Assembly (NCBI GenBank): GCA_022709565.1
Contig: JAKLIO010000001.1
Coordinates: 73,927 to 137,926, forward strand
DNA from: Patescibacteria group bacterium
GTDB taxonomy: Bacteria > Patescibacteriota > Minisyncoccia > Moranbacterales > GWC2-37-73
Reading direction: 5' to 3'
Length of the DNA stretch: 64,000 nucleotides
Part shown: positions 51,357-59,759 of the stretch, in pieces
How positions within the stretch are numbered: the first letter of the stretch is position 1
How the letters are laid out: every line of letters begins with the position of its first letter
Translations under genes and position numbers: made by a program
The notes under the pieces: model-generated
The model's database searches: none
What the model was told of the DNA's origin: nothing
Seen by the model: the letters and a program-made list of their open reading frames with translations, nothing else

Positions 51357-51527
51357 TTATTTTTTGCTGCGGAAATCTTGAATGAAAATTCCGCCCTTGG
51401 CTCTTTTGACAATAAGCTTCTGGCGTTCTCTCCAGTCCAAGTCTTTGATAAATTCCTTGGGCAAAATCACATACAGACTGCCTCGCCCAGATTTGGAAAG
51501 TTTTCTGATAAATTTTTCTGCTGCCAT
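51357..51527 (-). CDS. AbrB/MazE (SpoVT-AbrB)-like small DNA-binding protein (56 aa), below the ORF-track cutoff
   Basis: MAAEKFIRKLSKSGRGSLYVILPKEFIKDLDWRERQKLIVKRAKGGIFIQDFRSKK resembles the swapped-hairpin motif (...k.g.s..vtiPkel...l....gd.l.v...). There is no obvious Shine-Dalgarno sequence. Confidence 0.4.
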   Translation of the reverse strand: MAAEKFIRKLSKSGRGSLYVILPKEFIKDLDWRERQKLIVKRAKGGIFIQDFRSKK

Positions 51528-51589
51528 ATTTTTTATTTTAATTCTATATATTTTAATTACAGCATCAAATAAATATTTTTTCTTGAATA

Positions 51590-51982
51590 TTATTCCTTAG
51601 TGATTATGAGCTTTACCTTGCCTTGGCTGGAACCTGGCAAAACAGAAGGGTTATAAGCTTTTTCCACCGCCTCAACTTCCACATTGTAGCCGTTTACTTC
51701 AAATTTATCGCCAGCGATGACTTTTTTCATACTGGAGACATCGGTTCCGTCTGAATTAAAATATAGATTGGCAGTGTTATTTTGAATATCGCCTAAGCCC
51801 ACTGACAAATTTTCAAAGCGCCCTTGTGTTCCCGTGCTAATTGTAATTAAATTCGGATCATTTGAGTCAATATCAGGACTGGGGGAATTATAATAAAAAT
51901 TCTGCCAAATCAAAAAGACGGCTATTAAAATCAAGATAATTGCCACCGAAATTCCAATAATTATTTTTAGAGAATTTTTCAT
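51590..51982 (-). CDS. Membrane-anchored hypothetical protein
   Basis: N-terminal transmembrane helix (IIIGISVAIILILIAVFLI). 130 aa. Confidence 0.5.
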   Translation of the reverse strand: MKNSLKIIIGISVAIILILIAVFLIWQNFYYNSPSPDIDSNDPNLITISTGTQGRFENLSVGLGDIQNNTANLYFNSDGTDVSSMKKVIAGDKFEVNGYNVEVEAVEKAYNPSVLPGSSQGKVKLIITKE

Positions 51983-52034
51983 TAACTTAATTTGATTACT
52001 TTTGGCAGCTCAAAAAACAGAAATTTTAATAAAA

Positions 52035-52916
52035 TTATTTAAACCAATTTCTCGCAGCAGGATATTCCTTGGCATCAAACTTTTCGTGCTTAGCATCAAG
52101 GCGATCGTAATAAGGTTGGATTCCGCGATCGATTGAGTAGTATGGAACATCAGAGAGAGAATTTAGATACTTTAGAATATCCTTAGCAGTATCCAAGACA
52201 TATTCAACATGAACATTCTCATGTTTTTCTACAAGTTTATAATAAGCCTTCCATCTATCATCCAGCCCCGCTTCAGCATCTTTTGTCGATTCCCATTTTG
52301 GATAATATAAATCAATTTGAACTCCAACTGTCGCATTTTCAACGCTACAGCCCGATTTGGTAGGACTTGTCTCATAAGCAAAATTAATTTGATATCTGGT
52401 AAAAGCGGCATAAGTATTACCATTTTCGCCCGGGCCACATTTTTGAATTCCTGCTATTATATCACTTTTCGTATTACCATAAATTTTATAGTAATGCGTA
52501 TTGATATCTTTTTTAAGCCCAGGCTTATCAGTATTTATCTTTAATGCGACTGACTTTGGAGGAACAAAATTTCCGTCACAATTAGTCGTTACTCTGGGTG
52601 GAGATTTGACAGTTGGTTGTTTTGTTTTTGCTGAAGGTTGAGCAGTTGATTGTTTTTTTTCTGTTGCAGATTGGGTATGGATAGGTTCAGAGGCAGTATC
52701 CTTTTTACTGGAATTAGGTTCAGATGGACTGGCGAATATCCATACAAAAAAAGCTATAGTCAACATCAGCGGGATACCACAACCAATTGAAAAACAAGTA
52801 GCATATTTTTTCTTTTGATTGACTTTTTTATCTATTTGACCATCTTTTCCATCCACAGAAACTTTTGAGGATAATAATTCGGTTGTTTCGGTCTCATTTT
52901 TTTTAGAAGATTTCAT
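52035..52916 (-). CDS. Membrane-anchored extracytoplasmic protein with an HExxH motif (putative Zn-metallopeptidase-like)
   Basis: Transmembrane helix (ATCFSIGCGIPLMLTIAFFVWIF), a Ser/Thr/Lys-rich linker, and a C-terminal VEKHENVHVEY (HExxH). Confidence 0.4.
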   Translation of the reverse strand: MKSSKKNETETTELLSSKVSVDGKDGQIDKKVNQKKKYATCFSIGCGIPLMLTIAFFVWIFASPSEPNSSKKDTASEPIHTQSATEKKQSTAQPSAKTKQPTVKSPPRVTTNCDGNFVPPKSVALKINTDKPGLKKDINTHYYKIYGNTKSDIIAGIQKCGPGENGNTYAAFTRYQINFAYETSPTKSGCSVENATVGVQIDLYYPKWESTKDAEAGLDDRWKAYYKLVEKHENVHVEYVLDTAKDILKYLNSLSDVPYYSIDRGIQPYYDRLDAKHEKFDAKEYPAARNWFK

Positions 52917-53042
52917 AGAATATTCTTTTTGAAAATTTTTATAATCTAAAATAATTATATCATAAAAATATTAGCGATCATGTTTGACTTCACTAATACT
53001 AGCAAATCAATGCGGCTGAAACTGAACTGTATAATTTGTTTT

Positions 53043-53084
53043 ATTAGCTATTCACGTGACCCATCACGTGAGGCCTCACGTTAC
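53043..53084. promoter_or_regulatory. 42 nt repeat, copy 1, with three TCACGTGA-type palindromes. It lies upstream of gene 52035..52916.
   Basis: attagctatTCACGTGAcccaTCACGTGAggccTCACGTtac. It is nearly identical to 54963-55004. Confidence 0.5.
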
Positions 53085-53108
53085 TTTAAAAATATTAAGA
53101 AATGGCCA

Positions 53109-54950
53109 TTAATAACGAGGCATAATGAACACAATCCAGAGAATAACGCTAATAATATTTAAAGTTATCATAGAAGCAGACAAGATTTTTTCTGACATTT
53201 TCGCTTCTAATATCCCTAGCATTAATCCCGCGAGACCAAAAATAGGAAAGACCGGAGAAATAATAATATCCACTATCGACTGCTGGAGAGACTTGGGATT
53301 TAAATAAAAAATTAACATTAAGAGCATAGTGCCTGCTCCAATAATTAACGAAAAGACAGCCCTTATTTTGTGCTCTGTTGCGTCTACTCTTTTTTCTTCT
53401 TCTGTTATAATTTTTCTTTTCCAAAACTTTTTTGTTATAGCTATTATCAGAAAAATAAGAGCAATAATACCTAGCATTACCAGCGTGGACTTGTCATCTT
53501 CCTCATCGCTTAGCTCAACTTCTTCTTTCCACCAGCGATTAAGCTGATCTGGTTCAAAAGACTGGGGTTCTTCCAATAAGCTTCCGTCTTTCAGGAAAGC
53601 AAACTGTCCCTCATTAATTTCAATTTCTTTCTTGTTTTTCGCGTCAGACACCAGCACTGTTCCCTCAATAACCGCAATGCTTGTGCCAGAGCTATCGTTT
53701 TCCACCGCGAATTCCGTTCCTTTTATTCTGATAGTTCCGTTGGGAGTATTGACTTGGCGGCACGACTCAGAAAGAAGAGCTCCGAAAGCGCAAAAGCTGT
53801 TAGGACCGAGGAATTTCTCATAATTAAATTTAAACTTACCAATATTAGTCGTTAGCTCAAACTCAGAATTAGGAGTTAATGAAGAATATTGATCCATTTC
53901 TACAGTTGAACCGTCTTTCATTAGAATTGTAATCCTATCAAGGATTTTGGATTTTATCTGTCCCTTCTCTCCATATATCAAATCCTGATAATTTATTTCT
54001 GTGGATTTAGCAGGTGCAAAAGCAGATTTAATAGAATCTATTAGGCCAAGTTCCGGCTTATCCGATTTATTTTTTTCCAATTTAATATTAATCACTTTGC
54101 AAACTTTTCTTCCGGAACCGTTTTTTACGCAAGCTTCAAAATGGTCGTCTTTGCCCACCGGCGTACCTTTCAAAACTCCATTTGGCCATAGTGTAAGTCC
54201 CATTGGAGGAAATCCGCCCATTGTGTTATAAGAAAAAGTATAAGGTCCTGATTGATCTCTTGGGTCTAGCAATTGAATCAATTCGAAGGAAAAATCGCGT
54301 TCATAGGGTTCGCCTTTTTTTATTATTATAGGCTCGGGCAAATCAGCTTCCTCTGACCAGCCACCTGAAGAAGGGATGGTTCCCATTTTTGTTAGGTCCC
54401 CTTCCCAGTAAGGAAAACATAAAGGATTAGGATCATCAGTATTTGGTGACTCCCATACTTTCTGGCAAATTTCTTTTTCGTCACCGATATATTTAAAGTA
54501 ATGTTCGGTATAGAAGATTCCGGTCACCTTCCAACCCTTGTAATTTCCGTAATTGTCGTAATGTGGAATTGAGTTAACCTTTTTTAACAAACAGCGATCT
54601 TCCGTGTCGACTTCAATAAAATATTCTTCCTTGTAGTCGGTTCGTATAAAATCTTTTTTTTCTTTGGCATATTGCTCACATTCTCCTCTGGGTGACATAT
54701 CTTTTAACTGCTCTTCTAACATATTTTGCGTACCACTTAGAGCTTCTTTTGCCTGCTTTTCTAGGTCCGCAGGGTTTGTTGCACTATTATTAGCATTTTT
54801 AATTAGATCATAAGCTTGATCTATTTGCTTTTTGACTTGATCTTCAGTGTCCTTGGAAGTGCCTTGGGCATTATAATAATTAGGCAGCAACAAAAAGGCG
54901 GCGCAAACTGCAAAAGCGAAAATAAGTAGCGATGATTTTTTTGTAGGCAT
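53109..54950 (-). CDS. Secreted/membrane hypothetical protein (613 aa) with HeP-Ig-like and FecR-like segments and C-terminal transmembrane helices
   Basis: Signal peptide MPTKKSSLLIFAFAVCAAFLLL. YTFSYNTMGGFPPMGLTLWPNGVLKGTP resembles the putative-Ig (He_PIG) motif. GTIRIKGTEFAVEN...IEGTVLV is FecR-like. There are 3 C-terminal transmembrane helices. Confidence 0.55.
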   Translation of the reverse strand: MPTKKSSLLIFAFAVCAAFLLLPNYYNAQGTSKDTEDQVKKQIDQAYDLIKNANNSATNPADLEKQAKEALSGTQNMLEEQLKDMSPRGECEQYAKEKKDFIRTDYKEEYFIEVDTEDRCLLKKVNSIPHYDNYGNYKGWKVTGIFYTEHYFKYIGDEKEICQKVWESPNTDDPNPLCFPYWEGDLTKMGTIPSSGGWSEEADLPEPIIIKKGEPYERDFSFELIQLLDPRDQSGPYTFSYNTMGGFPPMGLTLWPNGVLKGTPVGKDDHFEACVKNGSGRKVCKVINIKLEKNKSDKPELGLIDSIKSAFAPAKSTEINYQDLIYGEKGQIKSKILDRITILMKDGSTVEMDQYSSLTPNSEFELTTNIGKFKFNYEKFLGPNSFCAFGALLSESCRQVNTPNGTIRIKGTEFAVENDSSGTSIAVIEGTVLVSDAKNKKEIEINEGQFAFLKDGSLLEEPQSFEPDQLNRWWKEEVELSDEEDDKSTLVMLGIIALIFLIIAITKKFWKRKIITEEEKRVDATEHKIRAVFSLIIGAGTMLLMLIFYLNPKSLQQSIVDIIISPVFPIFGLAGLMLGILEAKMSEKILSASMITLNIISVILWIVFIMPRY

Positions 54951-54962
54951 ATTTTTTATTTT

Positions 54963-55004
54963 ATTAGTTATTCACGTGACCCCTCACGTGAGGCCTCACG
55001 TTAC
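54963..55004. promoter_or_regulatory. 42 nt repeat, copy 2 (TCACGTGA palindromes), ending 13 nt upstream of the start codon of gene 53109..54950
   Basis: attagttatTCACGTGAccccTCACGTGAggccTCACGTtac. Confidence 0.5.
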
Positions 55005-55056
55005 CTTGATTATACGCCAAATCCAGAAACATCTCCAGGTGTTTCCTAATTTTAAA

Positions 55057-55087
55057 AAATAACAAAAAAGCACCCAAGAATGGATGC
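55057..55087 (-). terminator. Probable terminator after the tRNA-Asn 3' exon
   Basis: On the minus strand: AAAAGCATCCattcttGGGTGCTTTTTTGTTATTTTTT. Confidence 0.45.
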
Positions 55088-55137
55088 TTTTGATTTATGC
55101 TCCGCGACCAGGACTCGAACCTGGAACCAATTGATTA

Positions 55138-55741
55138 CACATTATCTCTTTGTTTCCAAAAAGGGTGGACTATATCATTCCCACTCTTTTATAAAAGGGC
55201 GGGATGAGGCGCTTCCTGGGATTAAAAATCCAAGTACTCTCTTGCGAGATAGTCTCTGAACCTTCCCTAAAAGGGTTTGGCTGCTGATTACCATAATTTC
55301 TGCTGAGAAATTTTAGGCTTCCAGTCCCGATATTATCAATTTTGTAATTGAATAAAACCGAGATCCCATTTTATTGGGACAATTCACCTCATTCTTCACT
55401 TCCAAATTTCTTTGGAAGGCTGCGAATATTGTTGTGCAATTCCCTATGGCAATTCGCGCACACAAGAATACATTTGTCAATTTCATTTTTTATTCTTTCC
55501 CAACTGCGAGTTAAACCATCTTGGGAAATTGCAAAATCCTTTTTTGAAGAATCATTATGATGAAATTCTAATGCATCACTGCAACGATCATAACCACAAA
55601 GTGCACATCTACCACCTCCGTATTGAACTGCCATTTCTCGAAGTTTTCTTCGTCTTTTCGAAACAGCTTTGATCATATACTCTCGGCGGTCAGCATATTT
55701 TCGGGTTTCCTTCATATTTTTTTAAATAAAGGATGTGTACC
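55138..55741 (-). mobile_element. Group I self-splicing intron carrying an HNH homing endonuclease gene
   Basis: The intron 3' region carries the catalytic-core consensus elements R (GGTTCAGAGACTATC) and S (AATGATATAGTCC), giving P7 pairing GACUA/UAGUC, and a Q-like AATCAGCAGCCAAACCC. The intron ends in G and the 5' exon ends in U. The first 330 nt hold an HNH ORF. Confidence 0.7.
55389..55715 (-). CDS. HNH homing endonuclease (intron-encoded)
   Basis: CALCGY...LEFHHNDSSKK...N...CILVCANCHRELHN is the HNH/His-Me finger with two CxxC zinc knuckles. 108 aa. Confidence 0.85.
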   Translation of the reverse strand: MKETRKYADRREYMIKAVSKRRRKLREMAVQYGGGRCALCGYDRCSDALEFHHNDSSKKDFAISQDGLTRSWERIKNEIDKCILVCANCHRELHNNIRSLPKKFGSEE

Positions 55742-55815
55742 ACAGTCAACTGCTCTACCATTGAGCTATCGCGGAATATTAAGTTGTAAAAAATTGCTTT
55801 TTAAGGCAACAAGGG

Positions 55816-55844
55816 CATTATAACAGGACATTTTTCATCTGGCA
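55816..55844 (-). promoter_or_regulatory. Sigma-70-type promoter for tRNA-Asn
   Basis: On the minus strand: TTGCCA, a 17 nt spacer, then TATAAT, about 40 nt upstream of tRNA position 1. Confidence 0.5.
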
Positions 55845-55861
55845 AGAGTAGCGAGTAAGCA

Positions 55862-55885
55862 TATATAAAAGCGCCCCGGGAGGGG
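55862..55885 (-). terminator. Rho-independent terminator downstream of rpoD
   Basis: On the minus strand: GCGCCCCTCCCGGGGCGC followed by TTTTATATAT. Confidence 0.6.
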
Positions 55886-55917
55886 CGCATTATTGGAAAT
55901 TAGAAATTTGTCATTGC

Positions 55918-55965
55918 CCGCCTCGCATCGACGAGCAATCGTCTCTGCGAGTCGAGGCGGGGAAA
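55918..55965. repeat. GC-rich palindromic element, copy 2 (intergenic, just downstream of the rpoD stop)
   Basis: CCCGCCTCGcatcgacgagcaatcgtctctgcgagtCGAGGCGGGG. It is a paralogue of the copy at 30826-30872 and is preceded by a TTTGTCATT-family repeat. Confidence 0.6.
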
Positions 55966-55978
55966 TTGCGCGAAGCGC

Positions 55979-57421
55979 TTAGTAGTCTTTCAGCTTGCCA
56001 ATTGTCCTGTTCTGTCTGATCTTTTCCAAGGCCTTGGCTTCAATTTGGCGGATACGTTCGCGGGTAACGCCGAATTCTTTGCCCACCTCTTCCAAAGTAT
56101 GCGTGACGCCGTCTTCCAAACCGAAACGGATCTTGAGAATTTTCTGTTCACGCGGAGTCAGCTCCCGCAAAACTTCACCAACATGATTTTTAAGCAATTT
56201 CCTGGAAGCCACTTGATGCGGCATAACTGTTTCCGTATCTTCAATAAAATCTCCCAACACGCTGTCATCATCGCTATCGCCGACAGAAGTTTCAAGCGAT
56301 ACTGTCTCCTGCGAAATTTTTTGGATGTGTCTTATCTTATCGACATCCAAATCCATTTCAGAAGCTATTTCTTCCGCTAGCGGTTCGCGTCCCAATTCCT
56401 GCACTAATCTTCTGGTTATCTGCGTATACTTGTTGATTGTTTCCACCATGTGCACTGGAATCCTGATCGTTCTGGATTGATCCGCCAAGGCGCGCGTAAT
56501 GGCCTGGCGAATCCACCAAGTCGCATAAGTTGAAAATTTGAAACCTTTTCGGTAATCGAATTTTTCCACGGCGCGAAAAAGTCCTATGTTGCCTTCCTGA
56601 ATCAAATCCAAAAGCGAGAGATTATGGGAACGGCCCACATATTTCTTGGCAATGCTGACAACCAGACGAAGATTGGCTTCAGTTAATTTCTGTTTTGCCA
56701 TGAGATCTCCTTTTTCGCTGGCTTTGGCCAGTTTGACTTCTTCTTCAGTTTTAAGCAGCGCCACCCGTCCAATTTCCCGAAAATACATCTGAACCAAATC
56801 GGAAGAACTGTCTTCTATTCCTTCGCCCAAAAGCGCATCGGCAGTCTTGTCTTTTTTGCTCTTTTCATATATTTCAACTTCTTTGTCCGTGTCAATTTTG
56901 AGCATATCGTCAGAAACGACAATTTTCACTCCGGCAGTTTCCAGCTGTTCATACAGATTTTCCAGTTCAGCAATCTCTTCTTCAACATCAGGAATAAGAT
57001 TAATTATTTCATCCTCCGTCACAAAGCCGCGCTGCTTGCCACGCGCAATGAGTTCCGCGATTATATCAATCTTTTCCGGAAATTCTCCCTGGATTTCTTT
57101 GGCTATTTTTTTCTTGCGGACAACTGGTTGTTTTTTAGAAGATACTTTTTTAGGTGCTGTTTTTTTCTTCACGCTGGCAGTTTTCTTCTTGGCGATTTTT
57201 TTAGCTTTCTTAGGGAAAGGCTTTCTTGCTTTTGTCGGTTTAGCGATCTTCTTTTTTTTCATTTTTTTCACAAGGTTATTTTTTTTATGATTTTTATTTT
57301 TTCCTGCGCCAACGGAAAACTTTCGGACAGCTTTCTTTCCGACTTTTTTAAGCGGCTTCTTTTGCTTTTTTTTCATTTTTTTAGAATAAAGAGTGAAGAT
57401 TTTATTATAAACAAACACCAA
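55979..57421 (-). CDS. rpoD: RNA polymerase primary sigma factor (sigma-70) with a Lys-rich N-terminal extension
   Basis: Region 1.2/2 ([60 protein letters not shown]), region 4 ([26 protein letters not shown]), and the classic dnaG-rpoD gene order. Confidence 0.9.
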   Translation of the reverse strand: MVFVYNKIFTLYSKKMKKKQKKPLKKVGKKAVRKFSVGAGKNKNHKKNNLVKKMKKKKIAKPTKARKPFPKKAKKIAKKKTASVKKKTAPKKVSSKKQPVVRKKKIAKEIQGEFPEKIDIIAELIARGKQRGFVTEDEIINLIPDVEEEIAELENLYEQLETAGVKIVVSDDMLKIDTDKEVEIYEKSKKDKTADALLGEGIEDSSSDLVQMYFREIGRVALLKTEEEVKLAKASEKGDLMAKQKLTEANLRLVVSIAKKYVGRSHNLSLLDLIQEGNIGLFRAVEKFDYRKGFKFSTYATWWIRQAITRALADQSRTIRIPVHMVETINKYTQITRRLVQELGREPLAEEIASEMDLDVDKIRHIQKISQETVSLETSVGDSDDDSVLGDFIEDTETVMPHQVASRKLLKNHVGEVLRELTPREQKILKIRFGLEDGVTHTLEEVGKEFGVTRERIRQIEAKALEKIRQNRTIGKLKDY

Positions 57422-57442
57422 AAACCGGGCTTCCGGCTTTTG

Positions 57443-59257
57443 TTAGTCTCTTGTTTCTTGGGAAAGCTTTGTGAACTCGCTCATCAGGTTGGCGAGGGTT
57501 TCTTTATCCCCTTTTTGTTCAGCTTTCTCGATTTCTCTTATGATACTATGAAGTCTTTCTTTTTGCAATTCTTTCACGTATTGGGCTTTATAGCTGCCCG
57601 CCATCTTTCGCAAATCATCTTGCGACTGCTCTGTAATTTCTTCGGCGGTAAAACGATACTTTGTATCAAAATAAATCTTCCTTAATTTTTCTATTGCGCG
57701 TTCATCGTCAATTTTTAACATTAATCCGTCAAAGGAAAAATTAGCTGCTGGTCCACTTTCCAGAACAAAAGATATCAATGAATCATTTTTTACCCATTCG
57801 CTTTCTTTTTCTTTGTCAAAAGTTTCTTTCCAGATATTTCCATCACTCATAATGACCCCTAGCAGACAATCCCGGATAACATCTGCGCGTTTCTGAAAGG
57901 CTGCCGGCTGGTCTTCCGCCTGGTCCTGCTTTTTCACCGAAGAAACAACGGAAGATTCAACAGTTTTTAATACGCTATTTATTACGTTTTCTTCCACATC
58001 CAACTCATGGGCTATTTTTTTAATCCAAGATGATTTCTCAATCTTATTTTCAATATGCGCGACATGTTCCAAAATATCCTTGGCAATATTGTTTTTCCCC
58101 TCTGCCGACTTGCTGTCATACTTTCCCAAAATATTTTTGAAGAAATATTCCATCGCGCTGGTTGATTCTTTCACGGATTTTATCAATAAAGATGGATCTT
58201 TTTGCACCACATCTGCTGCGTCCTTGCCATCGCTCAGCGCCACGACTTTGACATTCATTTCTTTTTCAAAACAAAGATTGGCGCTTTTCTCGGCTGCTTG
58301 CTGTCCGGCACTGTCCATATCAAAAAGCATCGCAATATTATCCGTATATCTTTTGAGCATTAATATCTGATCCGGAGTCAGCGCCGTTCCCGAAACTGCC
58401 ACCACATTGCCAAGTCCGGCTTGCGAAGAAGCGATCACGTCCATATTGCCCTCCACTAAGAGAACATAATTTTTATTTTTTATATCCTGTTTGGCGTGGT
58501 TAAGGCCATAGAGCACTTTGCTTTTGTGATAGACAACTGTTTCCGGCGTGTTAACATATTTTGCCTGCGATTCATCGCCGCCGGGTGCCACTCGCGCGCT
58601 ATAGCCGATCACATTGCCCATATTATCGGAAATGGGAAACATTATGCGATCCCGAAATCTGTCATAAAAATTTTTGTTACTGTTTGCTGTATTTTGATTA
58701 CTGTCTGCTGTCTTTTCCACTAATAGTCCTGTTTGCGCAATTTCTTGGATAGTGAATCCGCGCCCAGTCAGAAATTTTATAATATTATCCCAGCCGTTGG
58801 GCGCATAGCCTAAGCGGAATTTTTGGATGCTTTTATCCGTCAGTCCACGCTCGTGCAGATATTGCATTATTTTATCTTTGCCCATTCCTTTCCAAAGTTG
58901 TGTTTCATAAAATTTGGTCGCCAATTCCAGCGCGGCCAGAATTCTTTTCTTGTTGCCCGTATCTTCGGATTTATATTGTTCAAGCTGTACTCCAGCTTTG
59001 TCCGCCAGCATTTTTAGAACTTCCCGAAATTCCAAACTTTCCATTTCCTGAACAAAAGTAAAAACATCCCCACCTTTAGCGCAGCCGAAACAATGAAAAA
59101 TCTGCTTGTCTTCGTTGACCATAAAAGACGGACTTTTTTCATGATGAAAAGGACACAAACCTTTCCAGTTTGCCCCAGCTTTGGTCAGCCGCACATATTC
59201 GCTGACAATATCCACGATATTGAGCCGCGCTTTTACTTCTTCGACGTTATTATTCAT
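57443..59257 (-). CDS. dnaG: DNA primase
   Basis: Zinc finger CPFHHEKSPSFMV...FHCFGCAKGGDVFTFV, and the TOPRIM domain LVEGNMDVIA...DMDSAGQ. Confidence 0.9.
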   Translation of the reverse strand: MNNNVEEVKARLNIVDIVSEYVRLTKAGANWKGLCPFHHEKSPSFMVNEDKQIFHCFGCAKGGDVFTFVQEMESLEFREVLKMLADKAGVQLEQYKSEDTGNKKRILAALELATKFYETQLWKGMGKDKIMQYLHERGLTDKSIQKFRLGYAPNGWDNIIKFLTGRGFTIQEIAQTGLLVEKTADSNQNTANSNKNFYDRFRDRIMFPISDNMGNVIGYSARVAPGGDESQAKYVNTPETVVYHKSKVLYGLNHAKQDIKNKNYVLLVEGNMDVIASSQAGLGNVVAVSGTALTPDQILMLKRYTDNIAMLFDMDSAGQQAAEKSANLCFEKEMNVKVVALSDGKDAADVVQKDPSLLIKSVKESTSAMEYFFKNILGKYDSKSAEGKNNIAKDILEHVAHIENKIEKSSWIKKIAHELDVEENVINSVLKTVESSVVSSVKKQDQAEDQPAAFQKRADVIRDCLLGVIMSDGNIWKETFDKEKESEWVKNDSLISFVLESGPAANFSFDGLMLKIDDERAIEKLRKIYFDTKYRFTAEEITEQSQDDLRKMAGSYKAQYVKELQKERLHSIIREIEKAEQKGDKETLANLMSEFTKLSQETRD

Positions 59258-59371
59258 AACTAAAGTCCTTTTATATTCAGATTAGATAACTTTAGCAAAA
59301 AAGGCAAATTGCTTATATCTTTAGATAAAAAACGCCCCCACGAGGAGGCGCCATGATTTATTTTTTATCAT

Positions 59372-59647
59372 TTAAGCGGCTAGTTTTTGATCATCGTTTT
59401 CTGAATACATTTTTCCAATTTTTTTACTAGCCCTCTCTAATTCTGATTCTACGGCCATTTTGGCAGTTTCTCTAGTAATTTTCACGTTTTGATTTTCCGG
59501 CCGTTTTAAGAAATCATCTATCTTTTTTTCCATTTCAGTCTCCGAAAGTTTAATTTTAGAAACATTATAATCAATTCCGGATTTATCTGTTCCCATTTCA
59601 GGCTTCCCCCCTCCTTCTTTATTTCCGCTTTCAAAAAATTCAAACAT
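59372..59647 (-). CDS. Small hypothetical acidic protein
   Basis: 91 aa, open frame between hairpins. No motif. Confidence 0.4.
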   Translation of the reverse strand: MFEFFESGNKEGGGKPEMGTDKSGIDYNVSKIKLSETEMEKKIDDFLKRPENQNVKITRETAKMAVESELERASKKIGKMYSENDDQKLAA

Positions 59648-59759
59648 ATTTTTTTTCTTAAATTATTACACTTACATTATACACCTTTTCTGGCTTTTGC
59701 CACTTATGAATTTTGTGTAAAGGAATAAGGGCCTTTGCGCTAAGCGCAAAGGCCCTATG

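Larger units (their letters stand above)
55100..55775 (-). tRNA. tRNA-Asn (GUU) interrupted in the anticodon loop by a 604 nt group I intron. Exons are 55742..55775 and 55100..55137.
   Basis: 5' exon TCCGCGATAGCTCAATGGTAGAGCAGTTGACTGT joined to 3' exon TAATCAATTGGTTCCAGGTTCGAGTCCTGGTCGCGGAG gives a canonical 72 nt cloverleaf. It has U1-A72, G73, D-loop AATGGTA, anticodon stem GTTGA/TCAAT, anticodon loop CUGUUAA, and T-arm CCAGG-TTCGAGT-CCTGG. The exact junction is ambiguous by +/-2 nt (the alternative readings are Thr-UGU or His-GUG). The acceptor and discriminator identity favour Asn. Confidence 0.65.

Noticed and set aside
53043-55004. TCACGTGA palindromes considered as parS sites, since parB is present in the window. 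The CACGTG in obg at about 35586 was also considered.
   Set aside because: The parS consensus tGTTtCACGTGAAACa requires GTT/AAC flanks. The repeat copies have ATT...CCC flanks (about 10/14 match), and the obg site matches only one half-site. I do not call any parS.
55138-55741. Alternative explanations for the tRNA-Asn interruption: a bulge-helix-bulge tRNA intron, or a group II intron.
   Set aside because: The organism is bacterial and there is no bulge-helix-bulge motif. There are no group II domain V or VI signatures and no reverse transcriptase ORF. The group I R and S core elements and the HNH ORF fit a group I intron.
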